Shown here: in pieces, positions 14,115 through 28,587 of the stretch
Numbering within the stretch: the first letter of the stretch is position 1
How the letters are laid out: each line of letters starts with the position of its first letter
NCBI GenBank assembly: GCA_951406725.2
Contig: OX597829.1
Span: forward strand, 18,910,001 to 18,974,000
From: Octopus vulgaris
Taxonomy: Eukaryota
Direction: 5' to 3'
DNA length: 64,000 nt
Made by a program: the position numbers and the translations under genes
The notes under the pieces: model-generated
Databases searched by the model: none
Seen by the model: the letters and a program-made list of their open reading frames with translations, nothing else
Told to the model about the DNA's origin: nothing

Positions 14115-14176
14115 CTGCTGCATGCACTAAGCTGAATGGAATAGTGATGATATATAGCTTTAGGCAATTTGGATAT
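14115..14176 (+). CDS. Candidate exon (AACTKLNGIVMIYSFRQFGY; phase 1 to 0). The 5' boundary may instead be 14061 or 13992
   Basis: Perfect TAT|gtaagt donor, ttttcaatag acceptor, and a stop-free frame back to 13992. Phase matches the 34219 exon. Confidence 0.45.
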
Positions 14177-15753
14177 GTAAGTACTGTCAGACTGAATAAT
14201 GCTTAAGTTTACAAAATATGCATGCCTGAAATAGCTGAATCTTTAGTAATATGGTTAAAAATGTGGTTATTGAAAATAAATGACCAAGTTGAAGTAATTT
14301 GACTGCTGTTGCTCAGAAAATGGGTTAATGAAAATGTGTCAGTCTAATTTATCCCTGTTGATTCCAACGCACCCAAGACTACTTTTCTAGTTCTTTATTT
14401 AATATGGGGAAAAAAAAAAAAATCCTAAATGGTTTATAGCGTTAAAAATTTTCTGTTAAGAAACTTTTGTTGCATTTCAGTCACCGACTTAATATAAATG
14501 TTCGTTTTTATTAGTTAAAAAAAAGCTTGAGGTTTTATGGGGAGAGGGGGGAAAAAAAGAAAAAAGCCGGATATTCTCCGAATTCGTGACATAAAGAGAG
14601 AGAGAGAGAGCGGTGCTGAGGATATCATTTGCTGGTCTTAATAGCAATGCTATTGCCTCCTCTTGGTTGCGGTGCTTATATGAGATAAGTTCTTCAATGT
14701 AGAGTTTGTTTCTTTGTTGCTTTTTTTATGTCTTTTTTTTTTGTTTTTGCTGTGTACTTGTTTTTTGTGAAATGAAATATTTAATATATATGTATATATT
14801 TGTGTGTGTGTATATATATATAGTTGCAAGCATGGCTGTGTGGCTAAGAACTTTGCTTCCTAACCTCAATGTTTCCAGTTTAATTTCACTGGACAATTGT
14901 CTTCCATAGCCTCAGGTTAATCAGTGTTTTGTGAATGAAATTTGGTTGATGGAAAAAGCAGGCACAAAAATGCTGCATCATGAGGAGGGGGAGGAGGAAC
15001 GTGGTTGTGGTTGTGGGGGTGGGTGGGGGTGAAGACAGTATGTATGTTTTAAAACTTAATTGCTGTTAAAGCAACTGTGTATTTTGGTAAGAGTTAACAA
15101 ATAACAAGATAATTAGTGAATGAATGAAATGAGTGAGTTGGATGGTCATTTTCAAGAAAGGCATCCAGCTGTTAAAAAGATGTATATAACACAGTGTTTA
15201 AAAAGTCGTTCGTATGTAATAATTCCAAAAATACGTTTTTCTGGCCATGTGCACCTTGGAGAAGGTTAAACAATTGGCAAAAAATCCCCAAAAAACTCTC
15301 GCTGAAATTTACGAATATGGCCAATACTGATATCATATTCTTTGAAACATCAAAAAAGAAAATCGAGTGTTTAATGAATCATCATCATCATCCTCATCAT
15401 TATCATCATCATTATCAACATCATCATCATCATCATCATTATCATTGTCATCATCATCACCATTGTCGTTGTCATCATCATCATCATCATCATCATCATC
15501 GTCGTCGTCATTATCATTGTCATCGTTTAACGTCTGCTTTCCATGCTGGCATGGATTGGAATGTTGTTATTGTTTTCTTTATCATTGCTGTTGTAATTAT
15601 TGCACCAGGTCTACTTTGAAAATGCTTAACTGATATTGTTTAACATAGATAGTAAGAAACTATAGGTGGAGCCAAACAGCAGAAGGTCTGCAGAGAATCC
15701 ATTTCATATTCCTCCTAGACCACATCGACTTGCTGCTTCTGCCATTGCCTTAA

Positions 15754-15975
15754 CCCTTTCATTACTGTATTTATTTTGAGATGCTCTGAGTTTCTTTTAA
15801 TTACTTTGGATATAACAAAGAATTTGGTAAAATAGCTTTTGTTATCATTCAGCTAGTGTTAGGAACATAAATTGTGACTAAGGTTTGGTGGAAGATTTTA
15901 ATTCAAAACTTAGGAAAACAAGACATTTGTACTACAAAGCCAGTGCCGGTTTCAGCCGGGTTGGTAACAAAAGGG
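15754..15975. mobile_element. TTAA-type (piggyBac-like) MITE
   Basis: TTAA|CCCTTT ... AAAGGG|TTAA. Homologous to 18235-19252 minus the Helitron. Confidence 0.8.
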
Positions 15976-17156
15976 TTAAGAGCTCTGGTTCTCTTTCACC
16001 CAAAAATTGAGTGCCGTTTCATGAGATCCTATGCACATCACAAATCCCCTTACACCCTCCTCTATTTTGAGGACTTTGGTTTGGAAGTTAGATTCTCTCA
16101 TGCTGATGGCTAAACTGCCATATTTTTCAATCTTATAGAAATGAAGATTGTGGTTATTATTGTTATTGTTGCATGGTTTCAGACCGATTATATTTGAGCT
16201 GACTCATGATCACAGGCATTCCAGCCACGATCATCCCATCTTCTAAGACTACAGTCTCCAAAACATTCTTTCCTTATTTAAAATGATAGGAGATAGTGAT
16301 TCAAAGAAGCTTTGGCTGCTATCTGTACCAGGTCAAGTGAACACAGATCAATTTCACTGGCTCATAATAATTGTTGTTGTTGTTGTTGTTGCTGCTGCTG
16401 CTGTTGTTGTTGTTGTTACTGCTGCTGCTGCTACTGCTGCTGCTGATGATGATGGTTATTTTCATCTGCTTTCCATGCTCATAATTTTCTCCACCCTCAT
16501 CACATCATCATCATCAGTATCTTTTCTACTCTATACTACTACAACTACTACTACTACTGCTACTGCTGCTGCTGCTGCTACTACTACTACTACTACTACT
16601 ACTACGACGACGACGACGACGATGACGACTACTATGACTACTGCTGCTGCTGCTACTACTACTACTACTTGTCATTGATGTTGTTGATGTTGTTGCTGCT
16701 GCTGCTGCTGTTGTTGTTGTTGTTGTTGAGCTCAGTCAACTCTACCAATGCAAACTTATGTCATAACTTTTTGCCAGTGTTTCTGAGAGGAGAAATTGAT
16801 CATCGTTAAACACTAATTTAATTGGCCCAGACTTCTTCAAGTGCCTTCTTCATATATTTAATCATGTTCTCATAATTTACAAGTGAACACTTTATTCGAA
16901 TCTCAAAATTAGTGCAGAATGAGCAAGCAACAGTACAAGTTGGTAATTAATAAATAAATAAATAAATTAATAAATTAATTAATACTAGAATATGTCAGGT
17001 GTAAACAATGAAATGCAAACAATCTACTCCTGAAGTTTGAATAAAGGGAGTTTGAACTCCAAGAATGTTACCAAATGTAAAAGGAACCTAATGTAACATT
17101 GTGACTATAACAACTAAGATGAGAAGGGCATTCCTCCTTATCATCATCATTATCAT

Positions 17157-17188
<32 letters not shown>

Positions 17189-17528
17189 TCATCATTTTAA
17201 CATTCAGTTTTCCATGTTTCCATGTTGGAGCTTATTAAAGCAGATTTTCTATGGTTGGATGCCCTTCCTGTCACCAACCTTCACCTGCTTCCAATGAAGG
17301 TGATATCCCCCTCCACATGTCCAGTCAGTTTTTTTTTTCCTTTTTACACGAAAGATTGAAAATCAATGACGTTGCTTGTATAACTGAGACAATCGTTTTA
17401 CAACTATCGCATGATTGCAAAACAAGGAGACACAAACGCACACATATACATACATACACATATACATACATACATATATACATACATACATAAATACACA
17501 CATACATAAATACATACATCCATCCATC

Positions 17529-17560
<32 letters not shown>

Positions 17561-17661
17561 CATACATACATACATACATACATACATACATACATAAATA
17601 CATACATCCATACATACATACATATATGCATACATACATACACACATACATACATACATAA

Positions 17662-17692
<31 letters not shown>

Positions 17693-17989
17693 CAAACATG
17701 TATGCGTGTGTGTGTGTGTATTCATGCATGAATGCATAAATGAATGACATACTTCTTTCAGTTTCCCTCTACCACGTCCACTCACAGGGCTTTACTTTTG
17801 CTTACGCCAGTAGCAGAAGATGCTTGTCCAAGATGCCATGCAGTGGGACTGAACCCAGAACCATCTGGTTGGGAAGCAAACTTCTTACCACATAGCCCTG
17901 ACCTGCTGGAAATAAACAATTAAACCTCCTTCGACATTGAACTGTTTTGAAAAAAAAAACAGGATCTGTTGATCAGGTTTCAGGCTTAA

Positions 17990-19356
17990 CCTTTTCTATA
18001 CCATATCCTTATCGAAATACGCTGCTTTGGTTTTAGTTAATCCTGAAGATAATGAAGAATTTAAATAACTTTTGTCATTATTAAACAGGTGTTTGGAATA
18101 TATATTAACATAGAATTTTCAATAGAAGGTTTTAATTTAGATCACTTTAACTCTTCTGTTGAAATACACAGCTTTTGTCTCAATCAATTTTCAAAATAAT
18201 GAAGAAATTAGTAAAATAGCATTGCCATTATTAACCCTTTTGTTACTGTATTTATTTTGAGACTAGCAGCATAGCCCGGCGTTGCCCGGGTATGTAAGAG
18301 CCCCTAGTAGGCAACGACTAATCCCAATCTAGTCCTTTCCCTCTAGGGAACGAAGGCGCATGTGTAGGTTGCAATGTCTTCTCTTCACTCCCAAATAACT
18401 ATCAAACAGCTATCGATAATTCAACCCAACCAATTCCTACCAGGAAGAAATTACATTCGAGACTTTACCTCCAACACCGCCACTTCTGCTAATAGCTGCT
18501 GCAGCCACAAGTTATTCGAATACATTTTTTGTTTACACTTTCTTTATAACTATCACCCCAAACGTTTTACCTTAAATTTTTGACGTACCCTAAGGGTCCT
18601 CGGACGCTACATGCAAACTCTTGGTTTATTATAAACCGCTTTTGTCGTGTGCACCAAAAAACCTTTTCCATTCGTTTGTTCAGTTTGGTCACTTTTGACT
18701 TTTTTGTTGTTGTCACTCACATTGCTTCCCGCTTTTTTGCCGTTTTTGTACATTTTTATACATTTTGGGATACTTACCCCACGTGTTCCGAGAATTAAAA
18801 AGGTCGAGTTGCGTCCCCATGACAGTCAGTAGAAAATGTGTTGCATATAAAAAGCTTAGATTCTCGACCCATGTCGAATTTATCGATTTTTTTCAGAACT
18901 GGGGTAACTTTTCAAAATTTTCACTGCGTTAGTTTTTAATTATGACATTGGGCTATGTGTGTGTCAAGTTTCATCAGAATCGGTTGAAAGCCGTGGTCAG
19001 GATGAGGGTACAACCTGACAGACACACAGACAGACAAACTGCCGTTTATATATAGAGAGATGTTCTGTGTTTCTTTCAATTACATTAAATATAAGAAAGA
19101 ATTTAGTAAAATAACTTAGTTATCATTCAACTAGTGTTAAGAACATAAATTGTGACTAAGGTTTGGTGGAAGATTTTAATTCAAAACTTAAGAAAACAAG
19201 ACATTTGTACTCAAAGCAAGAGCCGGTTTCAGCCAGATTGGTAATGAAAGAGTTAAGCTGGAATTTTAATGGAAGATTTTAGTTTATATCGCTTTAAAAC
19301 AGGAAGATAGCATCACAGAACCAGAGGCATTCTAAGATAGGATGGTATCAAAAGGG
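17990..19356. mobile_element. Nested TTAA MITEs: outer 17990-19356, inner 18235-19252 with TTAA duplication
   Basis: Outer ends ttaa|cctttt and aaaggg|tgaa. Inner element is flanked by TTAA at 18231 and 19253. Confidence 0.7.
18263..19060 (-). mobile_element. Non-autonomous Helitron (same termini family) inserted in a TTAA MITE
   Basis: TC...cccgggcaacgccggg..CTAG. A|T insertion, with the empty site visible in the MITE copy near 15781. Confidence 0.9.
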
Positions 19357-19612
19357 TGAACATATAATAAATAAATAAATAAAATAAAATAAAATAAAAT
19401 AAAATAATGTAAATAAGACTGGATGGTCAGGTCTGGAATGGTCTTTGATTATTGAACTACTTCATTAAACAACAATAACAACAACAACAACAAGTAATGT
19501 TAATGCCCCTCTTTTGGATGCAGGATCACTTATGGGCTTCTATCACACTCGTCATCACCATCATCACCACCTCTACCATCTCCGTAGGCCACAACCACAG
19601 CCACCACTCCAG

Positions 19613-19653
<41 letters not shown>

Positions 19654-19816
19654 GTCGTCGTCATCATCACCTCCACCATCTCCATCTACACCACCACAAT
19701 GGTCATGACCAGAACCATAACCACTGCTCCTATCCTGATCATCATTACCACCACCAACACCATCGCCACTACTACCACCACCTTCATCATCATTAAGGTC
19801 ATGATCACCAATAATG

Positions 19817-19865
<49 letters not shown>

Positions 19866-20017
19866 TAATGGTAATAATAATAAAAATAATAATAATGATA
19901 ATAATAATAATAATCCATTATTTTCTTAATTTCATCTGCTTTCCATGCTCATAATTTTCATCACCATTGTTACATCATTATCATCATCAATATCTTTTCT
20001 GCTTTCTTCTTCTACTG

Positions 20018-20086
<69 letters not shown>

Positions 20087-20537
20087 GTTCTTATGTTCTT
20101 ATTGTTTAATTAATTAATCAAATAAATGAATACATGATGTGTATAAGTTCTTTGACAGATCAATTATTATAAGGACTAAGAAATAAAGAAAAAGAATGAG
20201 AAAAAAGTTAAATAAATAGATAGATAAATAAATAAATAAATAAATAGCTCCATCTCATTTCAGGAAAAATTCCAGACTATTTGAGAAGTCTGTTTTTGCT
20301 TTACTATTTTATTTATCTTTATTATTCTTTATTATTGTTATCATCATATTTTTGCTGTTCACATCTATTTCTCTCTTTTTTTTCTTTCCTTCTTGGTTTT
20401 CATAATTTAATTTGATTTTTTCCCCCTTCACCCCCTCCTTAGATTCAGAAAAAATTCCTATAATTCTGTTACTCCATTTCAGTTATATAAATTCTTTGGC
20501 ATCAAATCATTCCATCTATTTGTTTCTGAAACTACAG

Positions 20538-20611
<74 letters not shown>

Positions 20612-21187
20612 AATAAAAATAATAAAAAATAAAAACATAAATAGATATATAAAGAAACAAAATCAATTGTATTTTTTTTAAAGCATAGAACAGCCAGGAA
20701 GATTTTGGGGCTGGAGAATATTCTCATGTCCTGATTGTCCCTGAGTGGATGTGTTTTATTATTATTATTATTATTGTTGTTGTTGTTGTTGTTATATATT
20801 TTTGTTAAGAGTTTATTTGGAGGTGTGGTGGTCAGGAGAAGGGTAGGGGTTACCATTTAATGTATTCTATTTGTCACACACCCTCCTTTTTTTTCTTTTC
20901 CTCACACTTTGGCTCTTTTTTTTTCTCTGTATCATTTTGTTTTAAATCATCGTCATTATCATCATCATAATCGTTGTTACTGTCATCATCATCATTGTCA
21001 TCATTATCATCACCAGCACCATCATCTCATCATCATCTTCATCGTCATCCTCATAAATATCACCACCATCATCATCATCATCATCATCATCAACATCATC
21101 ATCACCATTTGCTTCTTGCCCCTATTGCAATTAAAGAAATCATTATCATTACATTTTTTATTATTGTTATTAATATTTTATTATAAC

Positions 21188-21239
<52 letters not shown>

Positions 21240-21417
21240 ACTTTTCTTTTTGTTTCATTCGAAATTCTTGCGCTCTGATATGTCCCATCATCTGAATAAT
21301 CAAGTGCTTTTAGCAGACTTTTAGGCAAAATGTAAAAAAAAATTTGGAAAGATAAAAAATTTAAAAAGAAAAAAATTTTAAAGATACAGAAGTTTAAAAA
21401 CATTAGAGAGAAAGTGA

Positions 21418-21465
<48 letters not shown>

Positions 21466-22038
21466 ACCAGGAGGGTGAGAGTCATAGTAAGAGAGAGAGA
21501 GAAATAGGATGAGATGGAGATGGATCAATGAAGAGTCAGAAATGAAGAAAAGGAAAGTTTTTTTCTTTTTCTTTTTTAAGAGTAGAAATCTAATTAAATT
21601 GCAAAAATGGAACCATAATCTTTTGTTGATGATATCATTAGTTATAGAATGAAGTTTAATGTGTTATTAATGCAAGCAGATGAATTGTTCATAAATACTA
21701 ATAATGATGTAGAAGGTAATAATGATGATTATTGCAGTAGCTGTTTTTGTTGTCGTCGTAGTTGTTGCTGCGATTATTGTTGTTGTTGTTGTTGTTGTTT
21801 TTGCTGTTATAAAGGTGGTGAGCTGGCAGAATGATTAGACTGTCTGAAAAAATTTCTTTTGCAGTATTTGTCCAACTCTTTTAAATATTCTGAGTTTGAA
21901 TGCCGCCGAGGTCAACTTTGCCTTTTATCCTTTCGGGGCGTCAATGAAATAAAGTACCAGTCAAGTACTGGAGTCAATGAAATCAATTATCCCCTTCCCC
22001 TGTTATTGCTGGCCATGTGCCATAATTTGAAATTATCA

Positions 22039-22130
<92 letters not shown>

Positions 22131-23009
22131 TTAAATGCGGTAAGCTGACAAAATCATTAACAAGTCAGAAGAAATGCTTGCTGACATTTCTTTTGGGTCT
22201 GTATATTTTTTTTCTGAGTTCAAATATCATCAGGGGCAACTTTGCCTTCATCATTTTGGAGTTGGTAAAATAAGTACTACTTAATCACTGGCACCGATGC
22301 AATCGACTACCATCCTCTCTTAAAAATTGTTGACCTTGTACCAAAATTTGAAACCATTATTATTATGTCCGCCTTAGTGAAGGCGGAGGTATTGTTTTCA
22401 GTTGCATTTGTTTGTTTGTTTGTCCATGGACAAGATATCTCAAGAACTGCTTGATGGATTCGAATGAAACTTTCAGGGACCTTTGGCCTCATGACTGGCA
22501 GGAACTGATTAGATTTTTGGGATCAATCCAGTACTGAATAAGGAATCTGGATTATTTTTCCTGTTTTTTTTCACTTAATTTTTGAGAGCAGTCGGGTTCA
22601 TTTTTAGTATTCTCATTAGTGAGACCAGTTGAGTTTATTTAAGAAATTCTCATTTTAAAAATCATCTCTGGCTAATTGTTGAGAGGATGTTGGTGTTGCC
22701 TTGGCGGAAGTTTGCACTCTCTGAGTGCTCTTCTTGTTGTTTAAGGCAGCAAGCTGGCAGAATTGTCAGCACACTGGGTAAAAATGCTTAGAGGCATTTC
22801 ACCTGTCTTTACATTCTGAGTTCAAATTCCGCTGAGGTCAACTTTACCTTTCATCTTTTTGGGATTGATAAAATTAAGTACCAGTGAAACATTGGGGTTG
22901 ATGTAATCAACTAGTCCCCTCCCCACAAACTTCAGGCCTTGTGCCTTTATTAGAAAGGATTATTATTAGTATCATTACTATTATTATTATTATTATTATT
23001 ATTTTTTTT

Positions 23010-23861
23010 TTATCCTTCTTTCTTCAAATTTTCTTCCGTTTCTCACCAAGTGTTTTCCATACACCTAAGGCAGAGAAGGGCATTGTATGCATTCCCAGAT
23101 TACACGCGCAAATTCACAGATAAAATATGTATTTAAAAATTAATCCATGGATGGATGTTATTTTCACAGCGATAGTGCTCTTCTCAGTACATGAGCCGTT
23201 CCAGTTAATACGATTTTTTGCACTTCCTGTAGGGATGGTAAGCCTGGAATCATTTTCAAATAGGTTTCAATACCTTTTTTATCATTCCTCGAGATCCTAC
23301 AATCACTGGTACTGTAGTCGTCTTGAGATGCCACATTTTTTCAATTTCTATTAGCAGGTCTTTAAATTTACTAATCTTGTCAAATTCTTTCGCCGCTATA
23401 TTGTGATCACAGGGAATACTCATGTCAATTAATAAACACATCCTTTTCGTCTGATCTTTTATAATAATATCCAGTTTATTAGCTTTTATAGTCTTGTCGG
23501 TCTGCACGGGGAAGTCCCATAGGATTGACACATTTTCTCCCTCAGTCACAGCTTCAGGATGATGTTTATACCATTTGTCAGCGGTTTTGATTTTATAATG
23601 CCAATATATTGTCCAGTGTAAATACTGGCCGACTCTGTCATGTCTTGCTTTATATTCTGCAGGTGCTAAGACTCTACACCCTGAGATTAGGTGGTCTATT
23701 GTTTCAATCTCATTGTTACAGAATCGGCATTTTGGGTCAGCTCCATTTTTCATCACATTGGCTTGGTAGTTCCGGGTTAATAAGCTTTGGTCTTGAGCAG
23801 CTAATATGAAACTTTCACTCTCTGCTTTTAGCCCTGAGCTTCGTAACCATTGGTGCGTGTG
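23010..23861 (-). mobile_element. R4/Dong-like non-LTR retrotransposon 3' fragment (CCHC knuckle plus RLE endonuclease), flanked by (TAA)n
   Basis: AAQDQ, CRFC..ETIDHLISGC, RHD, LWDFPVQTD..K(P/L)DII..LLIDMSIP, K..KF.DL and VPVIVG motifs. Confidence 0.85.
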
Positions 23862-23904
23862 TTATTATTATTATTATTATTATTATCATTACTATTATCA
23901 TTAC

Positions 23905-23994
<90 letters not shown>

Positions 23995-23997
23995 TAC

Positions 23998-24028
<31 letters not shown>

Positions 24029-24384
24029 CATTCTGAGTTCAAATTCAGCTGCAGTCAACTTATCCTTTCATCCTTTCAGAGTTGATAAAATAAATTCCAA
24101 TTGAATACTGGGGTTGACATAATCAACTATTCCCCCGCTCCGCCCTGGAATTTCTGGCTTTGTGCCAAAAATTCGAAATTTCAGTTTTTATTATTATTAT
24201 ACTGAAATGCTTAGTGGTATTTCACCTGTCACTACATTCTGAGTTCAAATTCTGCCCGAGGTCAATTTTACCTTTCATCCTTTCGGAGTCAATAAATTAA
24301 GTACTAGTTGTGTACTGGGGGTGATCTAATTGACTGGCCTCTTTCCCCAAAAAATTTTCAGGCCATGTGCTTATAGTAAAAAGG

Positions 24385-24436
<52 letters not shown>

Positions 24437-24568
24437 GTTTGACTTTTGCTTTACATTTGTACAAGTTGGCTCCAAGTCTCACTCAGAGACCTCAAGAGAC
24501 AACAGGTTGGAAGTTCGTGATGTTGTTATGCCTAGTGTGCCATATATTTGGTTTTGTATTTAGTGTTG

Positions 24569-24629
<61 letters not shown>

Positions 24630-24708
24630 GAAAGGTGATGAGCTGGCAGAATCTTTAAAGCATTGAAAAAAAATACCCTGTGATAGTTACTCTGTTACTC
24701 TTTTACTT

Positions 24709-25095
24709 GTTTCAGTCATTTTATTGTGGCCATGCTGGAGTACTGCCTTTAGTCGAATCAAATCGACCCCAGGACTTATTCTTTGTAAGCCTAGTACTTA
24801 TTCTATCAGTCTCTTTTGCTGAACTGGTAAGTTATGGGGATGTAAACACACCAGCATTGGTTGTCAAGCGATGTTGGAGGGACAAACACAGACACACAAA
24901 CATATGCATGCACATACATACATATATATATTTATACATATAAACGATGGGCTTCTTTCAGTTTCCATCTACCAAATCCACTCACAAGGCTTTGGTCGGC
25001 CCGAGGCTATTGTGGAAGACACTTGTCCAAGGTGCCACACAGTGGGACTGAACATTGAACCATGTGGTTCGTTAGCAAGCTACTTATTACACAGC
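24709..25095 (-). mobile_element. SINE family A
   Basis: Same consensus. Confidence 0.8.
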
Positions 25096-25589
25096 TAAGG
25101 CTCTTTACATTCTGTGTTCAAATTCTGCTGTGGCCAATATTGCCTTTTATCGTTTCGGTGTTGATAAAATAAAGTACCAGGTCAAGTTCTGAAAGGCCAA
25201 AATAACCGACCTAACCAAGCTTCCCCATCAAAATCAGAAATCGTTATGATTATGACAAAGTTGGCGTGAGTTGATAGAATTATCAGAAAAAATTCTTTGC
25301 ATTATTTTTGTTCTGATTATTTGCTTTCTGAATTCAAATCCCACCATGGTCAATTTTGCTTTTCATTTTTCCAGGGCCATTTACTGCTGTTGATGCTATT
25401 AACTAATCCCTCTCCACTCAAAATTGCAACGCTTCTGCCTGAGTTAGAAACCGTTATTGTTGTTGTTCTTGTACATATTTTTATTATTTTTGATGCAGAA
25501 TTTTTTAAAGAATTCTGCCAGCTCACCACCTTATGAGTTTTAAATAATTATACAGCTGTCTGTCTATTTATCAGACAGTCTGTTTGTCT

Positions 25590-25646
25590 AACTATCTATC
25601 TGTCCATCCATCCACCCATTCATCCACCCATCCACCCATCCATCCA

Positions 25647-25683
<37 letters not shown>

Positions 25684-25705
25684 CTACCTATCTATATATC
25701 TATCA

Positions 25706-25765
<60 letters not shown>

Positions 25766-25803
25766 GTCTGTCTGTCTTGTTTGTCTGTCTGTCTATCTGT
25801 CTA

Positions 25804-25843
<40 letters not shown>

Positions 25844-25867
25844 TCTATCTATGTCTCTGTCTATCTA

Positions 25868-25916
<49 letters not shown>

Positions 25917-25972
25917 ATCCATCCATCCATCCATCCATCCATCCATCCATCCATCCATCCATCCATCCATCC

Positions 25973-26032
<60 letters not shown>

Positions 26033-26190
26033 GTATGTATGTGTATTTGTATGTATGTGTGTATGTATATGTACGTATGCAAGTATATATGTATGTATGT
26101 ACGTATGCATGTATATATGTATGTATGTACGTATGCTTGTATATATGTATGCATGTATGTGTGTATGCATGTATGTATGTATGTATGTAA
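25590..26190. repeat. Compound microsatellite (ATCC/CT/ATCT/GTCT/TATG), representative of dozens of (TA)n, (CA)n, (AAT)n, (CAT)n, (ACT)n and (TACA)n tracts in the window
   Basis: Directly visible in the sequence. Confidence 0.95.
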
Positions 26191-26659
26191 TGATTAATTG
26201 TAATCAACCAATATGTACTTTGCTCTGTATATATAGTACTCAGCTTTAAATTACGGTTCTTTGTTTTGTTGTAAATGAGAAACAACAAATATATATTTCT
26301 TACAAAAGGTAGTAAAACATTGCTAAAACAGCTTTAATGAAAGGCTTCCAAAGAAATTTTGGTAAGTAATGATTTTTATCAAACTAGAATATTTGGTAGT
26401 TAAGAATTTTGTTATTGACTTATTGACTATTGATTTCTTTGAAGGATTGGTTTCTGAAGATGAAAAGGTTGAAACTGGAATTATGACAATCTACTAGTTA
26501 GTTAGTCAATGGTTTTGTAATTAACAATTAGATCTGAAGACAGATTATTCAACTGGCTTCTTTCAAGAAGTGATTATTCTTAGAATCTAGTTTTGATAGG
26601 TGTGGTTTCGAGGTTGTACTGTTAATTAATAGCTTTGTTAAGCACTAAGTGATGATATA

Positions 26660-26695
<36 letters not shown>

Positions 26696-27039
26696 TGGGT
26701 GAGGAGGTGGGAGACAGTCTATGTGTTTGGGTGTCTGTGTGTCCAAATATGAGTTTATATCTGTGAATTTATGTCCAGCAAATTAGCAGTTCACTTAATA
26801 TATATCAATAAGATAAGTACCGGACTTAAGAAAATTAGAATTAGTACTGAGGCTGAGATATCATCATCATTATCATCGTCATCATCATTATCATCGTCAT
26901 CATCATTATCATCATCATCATCATTTAACATCCGTTGTCCATGCTGGAATAGGTTGGACAGTTTGACCAGAGTTGGCAAGCTGGGGAGCTGCACTAGACT
27001 CCAGCCTGATTTGGCATGTCAATGCAGTGCACCAGTATG

Positions 27040-27354
27040 ATACCAAAACCGGGTATCTTATAGTCGTGATTCATATCGAGCCCTTCTGGGTATTAGCGTG
27101 CGTCTACGATGAGTCTACGATTTAAAAAAAAATTTACCATAATTTTTTTCCATTTTAATGCATTTTTTCGCTACTATATAAGGGAAGTAACTCTCTAAAA
27201 ATGTCTACGATGAGTCAACGATTTAAAAAAAATTTACCATAATTTTTTTCCATTTTTAATGCATTATTTTGCTATTTTTTGGCTATAACTCTCTAAAAAT
27301 GCTTATATAGTTATTTCCCTTACAAACCCGAGCAACGCCGGGCGATACTGCTAG
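27040..27354 (+). mobile_element. Non-autonomous Helitron 3' part with an internal ~100-bp tandem duplication
   Basis: Ends cccgagcaacgccgggcgatactgCTAG|t, the reverse complement of 6391-6500. Confidence 0.8.
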
Positions 27355-27399
27355 TATATATATAAAATAAGTAACAAAGATGACCAGTTATTACTGCAT

Positions 27400-27745
27400 T
27401 TCATTTCAATTCAAGTATTACATCAATTTGAAGTAACTTGCTTGGAACGGCCGTAATGCACATCCTTGGACATCCTTGTTTTTTATTCACCTAACTTCAA
27501 GCTGTGAAGACAATACTGGACTGACTTGGTGCCACTCCTGCACCTGAACTTTATCTACAAAAGATCTTGCAACATTTAGAAAGTTGGCAATTTCTGTGTG
27601 TTTGCACATATGGTAACAATGACTGCATGTCTTTTCATTTCTTGTGTTAGCATTTTATCTGCCATGGAGGATCTGAAAGTGACAAAAATCTTATAATTAG
27701 TTTGTAAAATATAATATATAATGATAATTAAGTGTCCTGAAATAC
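27400..27745 (-). mobile_element. Tc1/mariner-superfamily transposase N-terminal HTH remnant
   Basis: MLTQEMKRHAVIVTICA followed, after a frameshift, by EIANFLNVARSFV (HTH-like). Confidence 0.5.
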
Positions 27746-28267
27746 TCTTCACATCTTGTTTAATGATGTTAGAGTTTGTAAGCACCAGACATAGACAGAA
27801 AAAGAGAGCTACATACCTACTGTGTATCTATGCATGAATATGTGTAAGAAGTTAGGTTAATAGGTAGATAATTATGTAGGTAGTTATGTAGGTATGTGTG
27901 TGTGTGTGTGAATGAACAAATGAATGAATGAATAAATGATACTTACATGATTCTTGTAAATGTTTTAAGCTTCTTTAAAAACCCATTTATTTGCACTTAT
28001 CTTATGAAACACCCCATGGGAGTCCAGCACATGTGGTACAGACAGATGTCTCATCCTCATTGAAGACTGTGCTGTACCACATATTTAATTGTAGCTTTTA
28101 TGGTGCATTCCCCTTCTTCTCCTCTAAAAAAAAATCTCAGAAAATCAGCCTGCATCTTATACACTGAATGTCAGGGCTTTGGCTACTAGCAAGTGGTGAA
28201 CCAAGAAAGGGGCCTTCTAAAAGTGGGTTTCTTATAAGTTAGTGTACCTTATAGGCCATCAAATATA

Positions 28268-28494
28268 CATTTGTGGCCAAAAGTTTGGAACATTTTTCTA
28301 AAATTTGAAATTGTTATGCCCAAGTACAATTCAATTCAAATATATGCAACACAGAGATATACTTACCTAATAATTTGCAGACCTACATTCCAAACTTTTC
28401 ACCAAGTAATAATATATTGCAAATTAAATATAACTTTGGACATTTAATATAAAAGATCTTTCAGACCTGTGTTCCAAACATTTGGCTACAACTG
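28268..28494. mobile_element. Tc1-type MITE with TA target duplication
   Basis: 25-bp TIRs CATTTGTGGCCAAAAGTTTGGAACA / TGTTCCAAACATTTGGCTACAACTG (3 mismatches), with TA on both sides. Confidence 0.85.
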
Positions 28495-28587
28495 TAGTAC
28501 GTTTATTTATTCTTATCTAAGAATGTCATCTCTTTGTAGCATTTCAAAAAAGGGTATATCATATAAGCTAGCCTAGTGTTCCATAGT

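Larger units (their letters stand above)
21811..25450 (+). mobile_element. Cluster of SINE family B copies (for example 21811-22032 and 22745-22960) interleaved with (TTA)n and other elements
   Basis: aaggcggtgagctggcagaa..gagttcaaattc..gtcgactttgcctttcatcc..aagtacc..ggggtcgat consensus. Confidence 0.75.

Noticed and set aside
26321-26351. Small exon before a perfect gtaagt donor
   Set aside because: The acceptor lacks a pyrimidine tract, and the phase needed to fit the chain has a stop. Left unresolved.
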